Positions 38,753 to 53,204 of a DNA stretch of 59,134 nucleotides are shown piece after piece. The translations under genes were made by a program, and so were the position numbers. The DNA is from Burkholderiaceae bacterium (GTDB lineage: Bacteria > Pseudomonadota > Gammaproteobacteria > Burkholderiales > Burkholderiaceae_B): contig JAFMCG010000001.1 of assembly GCA_017857895.1 (NCBI GenBank), positions 1 through 59,134 of the forward strand, given 5' to 3'. Each line of letters starts with the position of its first letter. Position 1 is the stretch's first letter. Under the pieces are notes generated by a model, which was not told the DNA's origin, ran no database searches, and was given only the letters and a program-made list of their open reading frames with translations.

Positions 38753-39304
38753 ATGAGTCCCAATAGCAATATCGACACTATTATCATTGACACCCGCCGC
38801 TGGCTAGAACAAGTTGTCATCGGCTTAAACCTGTGCCCATTTGCACGGGCGGTTTATGTCAAGAATCAAGTGCGCATCGTGGTCAGTAGCGCGCGACACA
38901 TCGATGCTTTTTTGGATGACCTCGACCGCGAGTTGGCTCACTTGCAGGCCGTGAGCGCTGAAGAAACCGACACCACGCTGCTCGTGCACACCACACTGTT
39001 TCCCGATTTCATAGTCTTTAACGACTTTCAAGGTGTGGTCGATGAGGTCTTGCTAGAGCACTCCCTCGAAGGCGTGATTCAGGTGGCTCATTTCCACCCC
39101 GACTTTGTGTTCGACGGTGAGCCCGAGGGCGACATGAGCCACTTCACCAACCGCGCGCCGTATCCGATCCTCCACCTGCTGCGTGAAGACAGCGTGGCGC
39201 GTGCCATACACAGCGCGGGAGGAGACGCTGACGCCATCGTGGCACGTAATATCCGCACACTGCGCGAGCTTGGTCCCAAGGGCTGGGAGCGTTTGCTGGG
39301 TTAA
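38753..39304 (+). CDS. DUF1415 family protein
   Basis: WLEQVVIGLNLCPFA, TTLLV, QVAHFHPD, TNRAPYPILHLLRE. Start ATG 38753. Confidence 0.88.
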   Translation: MSPNSNIDTIIIDTRRWLEQVVIGLNLCPFARAVYVKNQVRIVVSSARHIDAFLDDLDRELAHLQAVSAEETDTTLLVHTTLFPDFIVFNDFQGVVDEVLLEHSLEGVIQVAHFHPDFVFDGEPEGDMSHFTNRAPYPILHLLREDSVARAIHSAGGDADAIVARNIRTLRELGPKGWERLLG

Positions 39305-39425
39305 CACGGAGACTTCCGTTATCGTGGGCCTATTGGGGCTTTAAACAGATGAGGCTATTTAGACCTCTTTCACCAAAACTTAGAGATAACTACTGTCTAC
39401 TAATTTGACTAGGTCCAGATGACAC

Positions 39426-40613
39426 ATGACACACAGTAAAAATACCCGACTGTTGCATATTGGAAGCGCACCATTTGACGCGCAATCGCAGACGGCTGGT
39501 GTTGGCTTGCCTTCTATACGCACCAGTACGGTTCGTTTTAAGAGCCTAGATGCGCTTGAACAAGCCCAACAGCGACGGGCCCGCGGCGAGCGGGTCGTGA
39601 CGTATGGTATTTCAGGGCTTGAAACACATCGCGCTTTGGAAGAAGTGTTTATGGCACTCGAAAACGGCACTTATTGCGTCTTAAACCCATCTGGCCTTGC
39701 ATCCATCTATTTGGTATTCATGAGCGTTTTGCGCTCAGGCGACCACGTGCTCGTTTCAGACAGTGTCTATGGCCCGGTCCGGACCATGAATGAAACGTTG
39801 TTAAAACGCCTAAATATCGACCTCACGTTTTTTTCACCCTCACAAGACGATATTGCTTCACTCATTCGTCCAAACACCAAAATGATTTACGTCGAGTCAC
39901 CAGGCTCTTTGCTCATGGAAATGCTCGACATGCGAGCGCTGTCAGCCGTGGCGCGTGCGCATGACTTGGTTTTAGCCACCGATAACACGTGGGGCTCTCA
40001 CGTATACCAACCGCTGGCTCTGGGCGCTGATATCTCATTAGTGGCGGGCACCAAATACGTTGGCGGGCACTCGGACTTGCTGCTCGGGGCTGTGGTCACC
40101 AATAGAGACGACTTGGCCCAAGCGCTTCATCAAACGCAATACGCCATGGGTAACGCGGTTAGTGCTGACGATGTGTGGTTGGCGCTACGCGGTGTTAAAA
40201 CTTTGGCAATTCGACTGAAACAACACACTGAAAATGCTTTGGCTATTTGTGCCTATTTGGATCAACACCCCAAGGTCAGCCGTCTTTACTTTCCACCATG
40301 GCACAAAGATCCTGGTCACACACTTTGGCAACGCGATTGCAGCGGCGGCAATGGTCTTTTAAGTCTGAGCTTAAACGCTTCAGCCAATGACGCCAAAACG
40401 TTTGTCAATGCTTTAAAGCTTTTTGGTATTGGGTTTTCTTGGGGTGGTTTTGAGAGCTTGGTGCAGTGGGTTTCGCCTAGCGCTTTGAGTAGCCACCGCT
40501 ATTGGAATGAAGGCGATCGAGGCGTCGTACGCCTACACATTGGGCTTGAGTCAGTCGATGATCTGATTGCAGATTTGGATCAGGCATTTGACGCAATGTC
40601 CGATAGCCGTTAA
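39426..40613 (+). CDS. metC: cystathionine beta-lyase (Cys/Met metabolism PLP enzyme)
   Basis: SGLAS, ESPGS, DNTW, TKYVGGHSD (PLP Lys), GFSWGGFES, RLHIGLE. Confidence 0.88.
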   Translation: MTHSKNTRLLHIGSAPFDAQSQTAGVGLPSIRTSTVRFKSLDALEQAQQRRARGERVVTYGISGLETHRALEEVFMALENGTYCVLNPSGLASIYLVFMSVLRSGDHVLVSDSVYGPVRTMNETLLKRLNIDLTFFSPSQDDIASLIRPNTKMIYVESPGSLLMEMLDMRALSAVARAHDLVLATDNTWGSHVYQPLALGADISLVAGTKYVGGHSDLLLGAVVTNRDDLAQALHQTQYAMGNAVSADDVWLALRGVKTLAIRLKQHTENALAICAYLDQHPKVSRLYFPPWHKDPGHTLWQRDCSGGNGLLSLSLNASANDAKTFVNALKLFGIGFSWGGFESLVQWVSPSALSSHRYWNEGDRGVVRLHIGLESVDDLIADLDQAFDAMSDSR

Positions 40614-40642
40614 AAAAGGGGCCTTCACGAGGCCCCTTTTTT
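40612..40642. terminator. bidirectional rho-independent terminator between convergent metC and dsbA
   Basis: AAAAAAGGGGCCT-tcacg-AGGCCCCTTTTTT. Confidence 0.9.
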
Positions 40643-41256
40643 TAACGACTTTGTTTGACTAAGTCATTGGCCACATCAATCATTTGTTGATAGCCACCAG
40701 CTTCTGTTGGTGAGGTTAAAAAGCGCCCATCAACCGCTAGAGAAGGTGTGCCTTGAATGGCGTAACCTTTGGCCAGTTGATCGGCACGCTGAACTTTTGA
40801 CTTCACGCCAAACGAATCCATCGCTGCTGTGAATTTTGTTTTATCCACCCCTTGGCTCGCTACCCATGCCACGATGGCATCCTTGGTAAAGATGCGCTTT
40901 TTCTCTTGGTGAATGGCATTAAATACCTTGGGATGTAGGTCTGAGCGTCCAACAGCCTCAAGCGCATAAAAAAGCTCTTGCAACGGTTTCATGGCGGCGT
41001 TGAAAGCAACCGGCACCGCTTTAAGCACCACATCAGCGGGCAAAGTTTTTTTCCATTCGGCAATCATGGGCTCAACCACGGCGCAATGAGGGCAGCTGTA
41101 GGAAAAAAACTCCAACACCTCAATCTTGTCTGGTTCAGTGGCTTGCGGCGGATTGACATTGACATATTTGTTGGCTGACTGGGCAAATGCTGCACCCGAC
41201 AAACTCAACGCACCGACTAACAAGACTTTGATGAATGACTTCAACATATTAGGCAC
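40642..41256 (-). CDS. dsbA: periplasmic thiol:disulfide oxidoreductase DsbA
   Basis: Signal peptide, EFFSYSCPHC, cis-Pro GTP; the start may be ATG 41247. Confidence 0.93.
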   Translation of the reverse strand: MPNMLKSFIKVLLVGALSLSGAAFAQSANKYVNVNPPQATEPDKIEVLEFFSYSCPHCAVVEPMIAEWKKTLPADVVLKAVPVAFNAAMKPLQELFYALEAVGRSDLHPKVFNAIHQEKKRIFTKDAIVAWVASQGVDKTKFTAAMDSFGVKSKVQRADQLAKGYAIQGTPSLAVDGRFLTSPTEAGGYQQMIDVANDLVKQSR

Positions 41257-41290
41257 CTATTGTGAGAATCGTTCCAAATACTATTGACCG

Positions 41291-41890
41291 TTACTGACGA
41301 ATGACGTTCGCGGTTATTTTTTCCTGAGCCAGACGGGCCCGTGCTTTGTTCATGTCATCGAGTCGCTCATAAGGACCCACTCGCACACGATTAACTTGCA
41401 TGCCATTGACTTCGGCCCGTTGAATTTGAACCGGCAAGCCCAACAAAATCATTTGCGCACGCACCGACTCCGCATCCTCTAAAACACTGAAAGCCCCAAC
41501 CTGTAAAAAATAAGTCTTGTTGTCCCCTGGCGGCGCGACAACTGTCGCCGAAGCTAACGGTGCTTTGGGTGCTGGTGGTGGCGGTGGCGGTGGCGGTGGC
41601 AATGGTGGTGCTGCTTTGGGGGTGGCCGGTAAAGTCGCGATTAGCTCCCCGAGTTGATCTTGTTGTGCGGGTTTACTCGCCGTTGCCGGCACAAGGCCGA
41701 CATTGGGATCGGGCGATTGCTTCGGATCCATGGGAGAATCCGCGGCCGATCGGCTGGCCTTGTCAACAAACGGCATTGGCGAGTTCATCACAAAATACGC
41801 AACCGCTGCCGCTGCCGACAAGCCAATCAGCAATCCTGCGATAACGCCGTAAAAAGTACTGCCCGTCGAAGTCCGCTTTTGCTTTGCCAT
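41291..41890 (-). CDS. SPOR-domain cell division protein (FtsN-like)
   Basis: N-terminal TM segment, poly-Pro linker, LQVGAF...RVRVGP SPOR domain; argS-SPOR-dsbA order. Confidence 0.85.
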   Translation of the reverse strand: MAKQKRTSTGSTFYGVIAGLLIGLSAAAAVAYFVMNSPMPFVDKASRSAADSPMDPKQSPDPNVGLVPATASKPAQQDQLGELIATLPATPKAAPPLPPPPPPPPPAPKAPLASATVVAPPGDNKTYFLQVGAFSVLEDAESVRAQMILLGLPVQIQRAEVNGMQVNRVRVGPYERLDDMNKARARLAQEKITANVIRQ

Positions 41891-41898
41891 GGCGTATG

Positions 41899-43596
41899 TT
41901 ACATCCGTTCAGGCGCAGAAACGCCGAGCAAGTTAAGACCGTTGGCTATTACTTGACGGGTTGCATCAGCCAATCGCAGACGAGCGGCTTTGAGCGCTGG
42001 ATCGTCAACCAAAACGCGCTCTGCGTTGTACCAAGCGTGAAAGTCTGACGCACAATCTCGCAACCAAAATGCCAACAAGTGCGGCGATAGTTCGCGAGCG
42101 GACTGGTGAATCATGGCTGGTAACTCAGCCAAACGGCGTAACAAACGCTGCTCGGTTGGTGCGGTCAGACAAATCGCATCAGCAACGCGCAACTTTGACT
42201 CAGGTATTGCCCCTTGCAAAAGCATTGAGCATATTCGCGCGTGGGCGTATTGGACGTAATAAACGGGGTTCTCTTCGCTTTGCGAGCGTGCCAGATCGAC
42301 ATCAAACACAAACTCCGTATCTGCGCGTCGTTGTATCAAGAAAAACCGAACCGCGTCTCGCCCGACCCAATCAATCAAATCACGCATGGTTACATAACTG
42401 CCAGCACGTTTTGAAAGTTTAACTTCTTTGCCGTCACGCACGACTTTGACCATCTTATGCAAAATGTAAGATGGGTAATCTTTGGGTATGTCTAGGTTCA
42501 GTGCTTGCAAACCAGCCCTGACACGGGCAACGGTGCCATGATGGTCGCTGCCTTGAATATTGATGGCATTTTGATAGCCACGCTCCCACTTATTGAGGTG
42601 ATAAGCCACATCCGGCACAAAATAGGTGTACCCGCCGTCTTGCTTGCGCATGACGCGGTCTTTGTCATCACCCGTATCAAGCGCCGTTGTTCTCAGCCAA
42701 AGTGCCCCTTCGTGCTCGTAGGTATGGCCGCTGTCGTTAAGTTGTTGAACGGTATTTTTAACCTGGCCTGAAGAGTAGAGTGAGCTTTCAAGAAAATACT
42801 GATCAAACGACAATCCAAAAGCCTGTAAATCTAGGTCCTGCTCTCGCCGTAAATAAGCCACAGCGAATTGCCGAATGGCATCTAAATCTGCCACATCACC
42901 CTTGCCGGTAACCGCCCGACCATCGCTCGCCTGAACAGTCAGCCCAGCGAGATAATCGCGGGCGATGTCAAGAATGTAATCACCACGATAACCGTCGATT
43001 GGATACTCATCACTTCCAGGCTCAATACCTTTGGCGCGGGCTTGCACACTGATGGCCAAGTTGTCGATTTGATTGCCGGCGTCGTTGTAATAAAACTCCC
43101 GACTAACCGCATAACCATCGGCAGTAAACAGACGACAAAGGGCATCGCCCAATGCGGCTTGCCGCGCGTGGCCAACGTGCAAAGGGCCCGTTGGATTGGC
43201 AGAAACAAATTCAACCAGTACTTTGGTTTTGTTGATCGGTTGTGACCCGAACTGACTGCCACGGCTTGCGACTTGGTCAAGCACCGCCATCAAAGCTGTT
43301 TGCGAGAGGCGAAAATTAATGAAGCCTGGGCCAGCCACCTCAGCCGATTCAATTAACGTTTTCGCTTGTGGATCAGCCATCACATGGTCAATAATCAATT
43401 GCGCCAACTCTCTTGGCGCGCGCGCGATGGGTTTGGCGAGTTGCATGGCCAAATTACTGGCAATGTCGCCATGAGCCGCCACTTTGGGGCGCTCAAGGGT
43501 CAACGCAGGCTCAGCCTCTGGGGCTAAAACTTGAGCGGCTTGCTTTAAAACGGCTAATAACTGACTAGATTGCTCGGGGAGCATGGGGTCTGCCAT
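41899..43596 (-). CDS. argS: arginine--tRNA ligase
   Basis: [43 protein letters not shown]. Confidence 0.97.
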   Translation of the reverse strand: MADPMLPEQSSQLLAVLKQAAQVLAPEAEPALTLERPKVAAHGDIASNLAMQLAKPIARAPRELAQLIIDHVMADPQAKTLIESAEVAGPGFINFRLSQTALMAVLDQVASRGSQFGSQPINKTKVLVEFVSANPTGPLHVGHARQAALGDALCRLFTADGYAVSREFYYNDAGNQIDNLAISVQARAKGIEPGSDEYPIDGYRGDYILDIARDYLAGLTVQASDGRAVTGKGDVADLDAIRQFAVAYLRREQDLDLQAFGLSFDQYFLESSLYSSGQVKNTVQQLNDSGHTYEHEGALWLRTTALDTGDDKDRVMRKQDGGYTYFVPDVAYHLNKWERGYQNAINIQGSDHHGTVARVRAGLQALNLDIPKDYPSYILHKMVKVVRDGKEVKLSKRAGSYVTMRDLIDWVGRDAVRFFLIQRRADTEFVFDVDLARSQSEENPVYYVQYAHARICSMLLQGAIPESKLRVADAICLTAPTEQRLLRRLAELPAMIHQSARELSPHLLAFWLRDCASDFHAWYNAERVLVDDPALKAARLRLADATRQVIANGLNLLGVSAPERM

Positions 43597-43691
43597 GAAA
43601 AATAAAAGAAAATAATGATAGCCTGTTTCTATTTGGTGCTGCTTAAGTACAGGGTTAGAAATGGTGCTGTTAACACTGCAGGAGAAATAAA

Positions 43692-44030
43692 ATGCTTGTC
43701 ACCTTCACCAGTAATGTTGATGCCGACGTACTCATGATGGGCAACCATGCCGAACTTGTGTTACGTGCGGCTGGCAAGGATGTCGCCCAAGGCGTGCCTG
43801 AGCGCGGTGTGTTTTCTTACGAACAGCTCGACGAAAGTATCAGCCGATTAGAAGCTGCGGCTGCTGCTGAGTTGCCGTCAGAAGAAGACATTGACGACGA
43901 TCATGATCACGAAAAACCCAAAGCCGTAACCGTGTTGCTGGCTCAGCGAATCTACCCTTTACTCGCCATGCTTAGAAAAGCCCGCGATGCCAAAACCAGC
44001 GTCATGTGGGAAACCAGTTCTGGTTGGTAA
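43692..44030 (+). CDS. DUF1840 family protein
   Basis: MLVTFTS..DADVLM, V.LAQR.YPL..ML, VMW; strong GGAG Shine-Dalgarno. Confidence 0.8.
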   Translation: MLVTFTSNVDADVLMMGNHAELVLRAAGKDVAQGVPERGVFSYEQLDESISRLEAAAAAELPSEEDIDDDHDHEKPKAVTVLLAQRIYPLLAMLRKARDAKTSVMWETSSGW

Positions 44031-44080
44031 CACACAAACCCAGGGGTTGGCGTGAGCCCGTTTTGCTGTGGCCTTTTGGG

Positions 44081-44115
44081 CCGTCTTTGGTTGCGTTTTC
44101 CGCAACCAAAGACGG
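44081..44115. repeat. perfect 15-bp inverted repeat between convergent DUF1840 and gyrB (probable terminator/stability hairpin)
   Basis: CCGTCTTTGGTTGCG-ttttc-CGCAACCAAAGACGG. Confidence 0.75.
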
Positions 44116-44129
44116 AATACATCGACTTA

Positions 44130-47719
<3,590 letters not shown>

Positions 47720-47722
47720 CGA

Positions 47723-49132
47723 CTATCCCTTTAATGTTTGTTCGAGCACGTGAAGCGTGTGGTTTAAATCCGCTTGCTTGCCTCTTAAATCACTTATTTT
47801 TCTAACGGCATGCAGCACCGTCGTATGATCTCTACCGCCAAACAGATCGCCTATGTCTGGCAAGCTCTTGTGGGTTAATTCTTTTGCCAAATACATGGCC
47901 ACTTGTCTGGGCATTGCTATGTTCGCAGGTCGACGTTTCGAGTACATGTCAGCCACTTTGATTTTGTAAAAATCTGCGACTGTTTTTTGAATGTTTTCGA
48001 TGGTGATTTGCCCAGTCGAAACAGACAGTAGATCCTTGAGTGCCTCACGGCAAAACTCAACCGTTAATTCTCTGGTGCCATGAAAACGCAAGTAGGCCAA
48101 AACTTTGTGTAGTGCGCCTTCTAGTTCTCGAACATTGCTGCGCAAATGCTTGGCAATAAAGAAAGCGACTTCTTCAGGCATTTCAACGCCCTCAACATCG
48201 GCTTTTCGTAACAAAATTGCGACCCGCATTTCAAGCTCGGGGGGCTCAATGGCAACCGTCAGTCCTGAATCAAATCTGGATATCAGTCGTTCATCAATTC
48301 CCAAAAGCTCCTTTGGGTAGGTGTCGCTGGTGATGATAATTTGCTTGCGCTGCGCCACCATGGCTTCAAATGCGTAGAAAAATTCCTCTTGGGTTCTACT
48401 TTTCCCAGAGAAAAACTGAATATCATCTATCAGCAACAAATCTAGGGAGTGGTAATAGCGCTTGAAGTCGTCAAAAGCTTTGCGTTGATAGGCTTTCACA
48501 ACATCTGAGACATACTGATCTGCGTGAACATACCTTACCCTTGCTTGCGATCGTGTTGCGATCATGGCATTGCCAATGGCATGAATCAGATGGGTTTTAC
48601 CCAATCCAACGCCGCCATACAAAAACAAGGGGTTGTAAGAAGTACCGGGGTTTTCTGATACTTGGAGCGCGGCTGCACGTGCCAATTGATTGGCCTTACC
48701 CGTTACGAAGTTTTCAAACGTTAAATTGTCATTTAATCGTGATCGGTCGTTGGGTAAGACGACAGCTGCAGGTATTGCGCCAAACCGTTGGTCTGACACA
48801 GGTTTTTGTTGAGTAGTAGGAGGTTGTTGAGCTTTTTGATCTGTCGTTACAGTTGGAGCGCTTGGCTGGCTGGTGTTTTGACTGACGCTTGCAGCGAGCT
48901 CGAGGGTAACCACCGTTTTTTGCCCATACCAAGACTGCGCAATTAATTCAATTCTGTCAGAGAAGTTTTTCTTGACCCAGTCAAGCTTGAAACGGTTAGG
49001 CGCAGACAAGCGCAAGCTTCCTGTGGATTCATCGTATCCAACAGGTACCAAAGGCCTAATCCAAGCGTTAACTTGTTGAGGCGGTAGTTCCTGCTCTAAC
49101 TGCGTTAGGCAGGATTGCCAAAATTCTTCCAT
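47723..49132 (-). CDS. dnaA: chromosomal replication initiator DnaA
   Basis: [45 protein letters not shown]. Confidence 0.98.
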   Translation of the reverse strand: MEEFWQSCLTQLEQELPPQQVNAWIRPLVPVGYDESTGSLRLSAPNRFKLDWVKKNFSDRIELIAQSWYGQKTVVTLELAASVSQNTSQPSAPTVTTDQKAQQPPTTQQKPVSDQRFGAIPAAVVLPNDRSRLNDNLTFENFVTGKANQLARAAALQVSENPGTSYNPLFLYGGVGLGKTHLIHAIGNAMIATRSQARVRYVHADQYVSDVVKAYQRKAFDDFKRYYHSLDLLLIDDIQFFSGKSRTQEEFFYAFEAMVAQRKQIIITSDTYPKELLGIDERLISRFDSGLTVAIEPPELEMRVAILLRKADVEGVEMPEEVAFFIAKHLRSNVRELEGALHKVLAYLRFHGTRELTVEFCREALKDLLSVSTGQITIENIQKTVADFYKIKVADMYSKRRPANIAMPRQVAMYLAKELTHKSLPDIGDLFGGRDHTTVLHAVRKISDLRGKQADLNHTLHVLEQTLKG

Positions 49133-49213
49133 ATCGACCGATCTTGTAAACCCTGATTTTACATTGGCTGGACCTGAGTTAGGCGTTGTATTGTTCTTTT
49201 ATATCGTAGCTGT

Positions 49214-49242
49214 TTGACTTATCGGCTCTTTTTTGATGCAAT
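49214..49242 (+). promoter_or_regulatory. sigma70-type promoter of rpmH
   Basis: TTGACT-17 nt-TGCAAT with TG extension. Confidence 0.5.
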
Positions 49243-49277
49243 AGAGGGCTTTCCCGAATTTTTCTGGGTTCATCAAA

Positions 49278-49412
49278 ATGAAACGTACTTACCAACCATC
49301 AGTTACCCGCCGTAAACGCACGCACGGTTTTCGTGTTCGCATGAAAACCCGTGGGGGTCGCGCTGTTATTAACGCTCGCCGTGCTAAAGGTCGCAAGCGC
49401 TTAGCTGTCTAA
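49278..49412 (+). CDS. rpmH: 50S ribosomal protein L34
   Basis: [44 protein letters not shown]; shorter than any ORF in the track. Confidence 0.98.
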   Translation: MKRTYQPSVTRRKRTHGFRVRMKTRGGRAVINARRAKGRKRLAV

Positions 49413-49477
49413 ATTTGGCTTTGCTGTGCGCTGGCTATATTATTGAGTCAGCGCGCGATGATTAACCAAGGCTCGTT

Positions 49478-49861
49478 ATGACTGAGCTAAGCGCAAAATT
49501 TGGACCGTCAGCCCGACTGACAGACTCTGCTGAGTTTGGCTACGCTCTTAAGACCAAGCCTATTGCGCGTGGGCAGCATATTTTCGTGCATTTTTCACCC
49601 AATCCTGCATTAACAGCACGATTGGGCGTAATTGTTCCTAAGCGCTTACTTCGTCTTGCCACAGCCAGAAATGCCGTTAAACGGGTATTTAGAGAGGCTT
49701 TTCGTCAGCAACGATACCGGCTAAGAACTGGGCACTTCGTTATTCGTTTGCTTAAATCACCAAAATATGACTCCCTAACAGAACTTAAAGCGCAACTACG
49801 CGTTGAACTCGATCAATTAATTTTTTTGCTTGATCGTCGTTATCGACAAAAACAATCATGA
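49478..49861 (+). CDS. rnpA: ribonuclease P protein component
   Basis: RL....EF, ARLGVIVPKR, ATARNAVKRVFRE; synteny. Confidence 0.92.
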   Translation: MTELSAKFGPSARLTDSAEFGYALKTKPIARGQHIFVHFSPNPALTARLGVIVPKRLLRLATARNAVKRVFREAFRQQRYRLRTGHFVIRLLKSPKYDSLTELKAQLRVELDQLIFLLDRRYRQKQS

Positions 49862-50094
49862 AATGGCTTTTAATAAAGATTGTTCGTTTCTATCAGTTTT
49901 TTCTTAGCCCCTGGGTAGGCAACAACTGCCGTTTCTCTCCAAGCTGCTCAAACTATGCCATTGACGCCTTGAATGAGTGGGGCGGCATTAAAGGTGGGTG
50001 GCTTGCCTTTCGGCGATTGTTGCGATGCCATCCCTGGACAGTTGGTGGTGAAGATCCCGTCCCCACAAAACACTTTCACAAACACAAGTCCTGA
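49858..50094 (+). CDS. yidD: membrane protein insertion efficiency factor YidD
   Basis: YQ..LSP, CRFSPSCSNY, RCHPW, GGEDPVP. Confidence 0.95.
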   Translation: MKWLLIKIVRFYQFFLSPWVGNNCRFSPSCSNYAIDALNEWGGIKGGWLAFRRLLRCHPWTVGGEDPVPTKHFHKHKS

Positions 50095-50145
50095 TTGACG
50101 GTAAACTCCGAGGCTTGATTGTTTTTACCTTTAGATTAGGTTCCG

Positions 50146-51840
50146 ATGGATATCCGCCGCACAATTCTTTTGATGATTTTTGCGTTTTCACTTTTTTTGC
50201 TCTGGAATAACTGGCAGCTGCATCAAGGTGGAACGTCTCTTTTTGGTCCAACAGTGACAACGCCTGCTGGTGATCGATCGCAACCCATGGGTGGCGGTAC
50301 TGGTTCCTCTGCTACTGCTAGCCCGACTGCTGTACCTGCTGCTGTGAGTGAGCCGTCAAGCAGCGGCGCCATGCCTAGTGCACCGCCAGCGATTGCACCT
50401 GCCACTGAGACGGTAGAAATTACAACCGATGTTTATCGCTTGGTTTTTGACCTCAACGGCGCGCAACTCATTCGGGCTGAATTGCTTAAGTTTCCAAGTA
50501 AAAACGATCCTTCGAAACCAACTGTTTTTCTTCAGCAAGATGCTGAGGGTACTTATGTTGTGCAAACTGGAGTTGTCGGCGCGCCAGAGGGTAAAAGCTA
50601 TCCTACTCATTTGACGCCGTTCAAGTTAGCTTCTACAGAAAAAAACATGACAGGTGAGACATTACCTGTTCAATTTGTTGGAGAGTCTGGTGGCGTACGT
50701 GTTACGAAGACGTTTAATTTGCGTCGCAACTCTTACGCGATTGAAGTAACCCATACCGTCGAGAACTTGACTGATCAGATGATTAGTCCATCACTCTATC
50801 TTCAAATGACTCGTGATAGTGAGGATCCCAAAGACACATCAAGTTTCTATCATACGTTCACTGGCCCTGCTATTTACTCCGAAGAAGGTAAGTTTCAAAA
50901 AGTATCGTTTTCTGATATCGGTGACCGGAAAGGTGATTACATCAAATCAGCTGATAACGGCTGGTTTGCAATGATTCAGCATTATTTTGTTACCGCGTGG
51001 GTTCCACCTCAGGGCGCCGTTAGAACTTACGACATGGCTTCAGTCGGTGTTGAGCTGTTTGCTGTCAGAAGTATTGAAGCTGTTGGGCAATTATTACCCC
51101 AAGCTGTTGTTGATATTAGATCTACGCTTTGGGTTGGACCCCAAGATCAGAATTCGCTTGAAGCCATTGCGCCAGGTCTAGACTTAGTGGTTGATTACGG
51201 ATGGCTAACCATTATTGCCAAACCACTTTTTGGCTTAATGACTTGGTTGCACACCTATATTGGTAACTGGGGCTGGACGATTGTTGTGTTAACCATCCTC
51301 ATCAAACTTGTTTTCTATCCCTTGTCAGCGGCCAGTTATCGCTCAATGGCTAAAATGAAATTGGTTGCTCCACGGTTGAAAGCCTTGAAGGAAAAGTTTG
51401 GTGACGATCGTCAAAAAATGAATACTGCCATGATGGAGATGTATCGTACAGAGAAGATCAACCCCCTCGGTGGCTGTTTACCTGTTGTTGTTCAAATACC
51501 CGTTTTTATTTCGCTTTATTGGGTATTGTTAGCTAGCGTAGAAATGCGTGGCGCACCATGGGTTTTGTGGGTTGACGATTTGTCAGCCAGTGATCCTTTG
51601 TTTTTATTGCCAGCAATCATGATGGCAACGATGTTTTTACAAATTAAGCTTAATCCAACACCACCTGATCCAATGCAGGCCAAAGTCATGTTGCTGATGC
51701 CTCTTGTTTTTGGTGGCATGATGTTCTTTTTCCCAGCAGGCTTGGTACTGTATTGGTGTGTTAACAATATTCTGTCAATTGCGCAGCAGTGGCATATCAC
51801 TCGCAAAATGGCAAAAGTTGCTGCTGAACCCCACCGCTAA
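50146..51840 (+). CDS. yidC: membrane protein insertase YidC
   Basis: VDYGWL, GNWGWTI, NPLGGCLP, QIPVF, PAGLVLYW. Confidence 0.97.
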   Translation: MDIRRTILLMIFAFSLFLLWNNWQLHQGGTSLFGPTVTTPAGDRSQPMGGGTGSSATASPTAVPAAVSEPSSSGAMPSAPPAIAPATETVEITTDVYRLVFDLNGAQLIRAELLKFPSKNDPSKPTVFLQQDAEGTYVVQTGVVGAPEGKSYPTHLTPFKLASTEKNMTGETLPVQFVGESGGVRVTKTFNLRRNSYAIEVTHTVENLTDQMISPSLYLQMTRDSEDPKDTSSFYHTFTGPAIYSEEGKFQKVSFSDIGDRKGDYIKSADNGWFAMIQHYFVTAWVPPQGAVRTYDMASVGVELFAVRSIEAVGQLLPQAVVDIRSTLWVGPQDQNSLEAIAPGLDLVVDYGWLTIIAKPLFGLMTWLHTYIGNWGWTIVVLTILIKLVFYPLSAASYRSMAKMKLVAPRLKALKEKFGDDRQKMNTAMMEMYRTEKINPLGGCLPVVVQIPVFISLYWVLLASVEMRGAPWVLWVDDLSASDPLFLLPAIMMATMFLQIKLNPTPPDPMQAKVMLLMPLVFGGMMFFFPAGLVLYWCVNNILSIAQQWHITRKMAKVAAEPHR

Positions 51841-53204
51841 TGTTTCAAAAAGACACCGCGCCCATTGCTGCAATAGCAACGGCACCAGGGCGTGGTGGTA
51901 TTGGTGTCATTAGGATATCGGGTCAGGATCTTTCATCGTTCGCTCAAGAATTACTCAAAATCGAGCCGACACCTCGTCAAGCGCATTACCTCTCATTCAC
52001 AGATCAAGACGGTGAATTGATAGATAACGGTATTGCTATTTTTTTTAGTTCGCCTAACTCATACACTGGTGAAGACGTGTTAGAGCTTCAGGGTCATGGT
52101 GGTACTGCTGTCATGCAGGCCCTTCTAAGCAATGTCATAAAACAAGGCCAAAAAATCGGTTTGCGTTTGGCTGAACCTGGAGAGTTCTCGTTAAGGGCTT
52201 TTTTAAATGACAAGATTGATTTGGTTCAAGCTGAGGCAATCTCTGACTTGATTAATGCGAGTTCTTTAGAAGCCGCTCAAGCAGCTGCTTTGTCACTCAG
52301 CGGCCGGTTTTCTAGCGAAGTTAACGCTTTAACTGACGAAATTGTTGCTTTGCGAACACTGGTTGAAGCAACCTTAGACTTCCCAGAAGAAGAAATAGAG
52401 TTTATTGAAAAGTACCAAGTCAAGCAGCGTATTGGAGTACTTATTCAACAGTTTGAGTTGTTTTTAACAACCACGAAAAGAAGTGTCTACCTGTCTGAGG
52501 GCTTAAGCGTGGTATTAGCTGGTGAGCCTAACGTTGGTAAATCTAGCTTAATGAATGCCTTATTCGGTGAAAATATAGCGATCGTTAGTGATATCGCAGG
52601 AACAACGCGTGACAGCATTAAAGACAATCTTCAATTAGACGGCATACCAATTACTGTAACTGATACGGCTGGATTGCGTATCACTAGAGATGTCATAGAA
52701 CAGTTAGGCATCGAACGTACATTGGCTGCCATCGAATCAAGCAATGTCATTCTTGATATCGTGGACATCCGTCAACCAGAGTCTGTGTTAATGAGTTTTT
52801 CGCCATCTATTTCTTTGTCTAACAAAAATGTTATTACCGTTTTTAATAAAGTCGACTTGTTAGAAACCACTGCTGGAACTTTATCTGCAAATGATTGTGT
52901 GACAGTTTCTGCAATGACAGGAGAAGGCCTCTCGGCGCTAAAAGAAGCCATACTGAAGTTGACTGGTCGACAACTTGGCGAAAGGTCACCATGGCTGGCT
53001 AGAAAGCGCCATGTCATGGCCATTGAACAAGGCTTAGATCACCTCAAAGTATCTTATGCTTTTGCATGTGAAGACGATCGGGTACTAGACCTCTTGGCTG
53101 AAGAGCTTAGGTTGTGTCATGTTCAGATTGGTACCATCACTGGTCAAATGAGCGCTGATGAACTACTTGGACAAATTTTTTCATCGTTTTGCATTGGAAA
53201 GTAA
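51840..53204 (+). CDS. mnmE: tRNA modification GTPase MnmE (TrmE)
   Basis: IATAPGRGGIG, SYTGED, GEPNVGKSS, DTAG, NKVD, FSSFCIGK. Confidence 0.97.
   Translation: MFQKDTAPIAAIATAPGRGGIGVIRISGQDLSSFAQELLKIEPTPRQAHYLSFTDQDGELIDNGIAIFFSSPNSYTGEDVLELQGHGGTAVMQALLSNVIKQGQKIGLRLAEPGEFSLRAFLNDKIDLVQAEAISDLINASSLEAAQAAALSLSGRFSSEVNALTDEIVALRTLVEATLDFPEEEIEFIEKYQVKQRIGVLIQQFELFLTTTKRSVYLSEGLSVVLAGEPNVGKSSLMNALFGENIAIVSDIAGTTRDSIKDNLQLDGIPITVTDTAGLRITRDVIEQLGIERTLAAIESSNVILDIVDIRQPESVLMSFSPSISLSNKNVITVFNKVDLLETTAGTLSANDCVTVSAMTGEGLSALKEAILKLTGRQLGERSPWLARKRHVMAIEQGLDHLKVSYAFACEDDRVLDLLAEELRLCHVQIGTITGQMSADELLGQIFSSFCIGK

Noticed and set aside
39340-39425. Possible MetJ boxes upstream of metC (AGACCTCT at 39361)
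   Set aside because: A single degenerate 8-mer, not a tandem array, and MetJ is not typical of betaproteobacteria.
49133-49277. dnaA-rpmH intergenic region as oriC
   Set aside because: Short, with no convincing DnaA boxes or unwinding element; the mnmE-mnmG interval has them.
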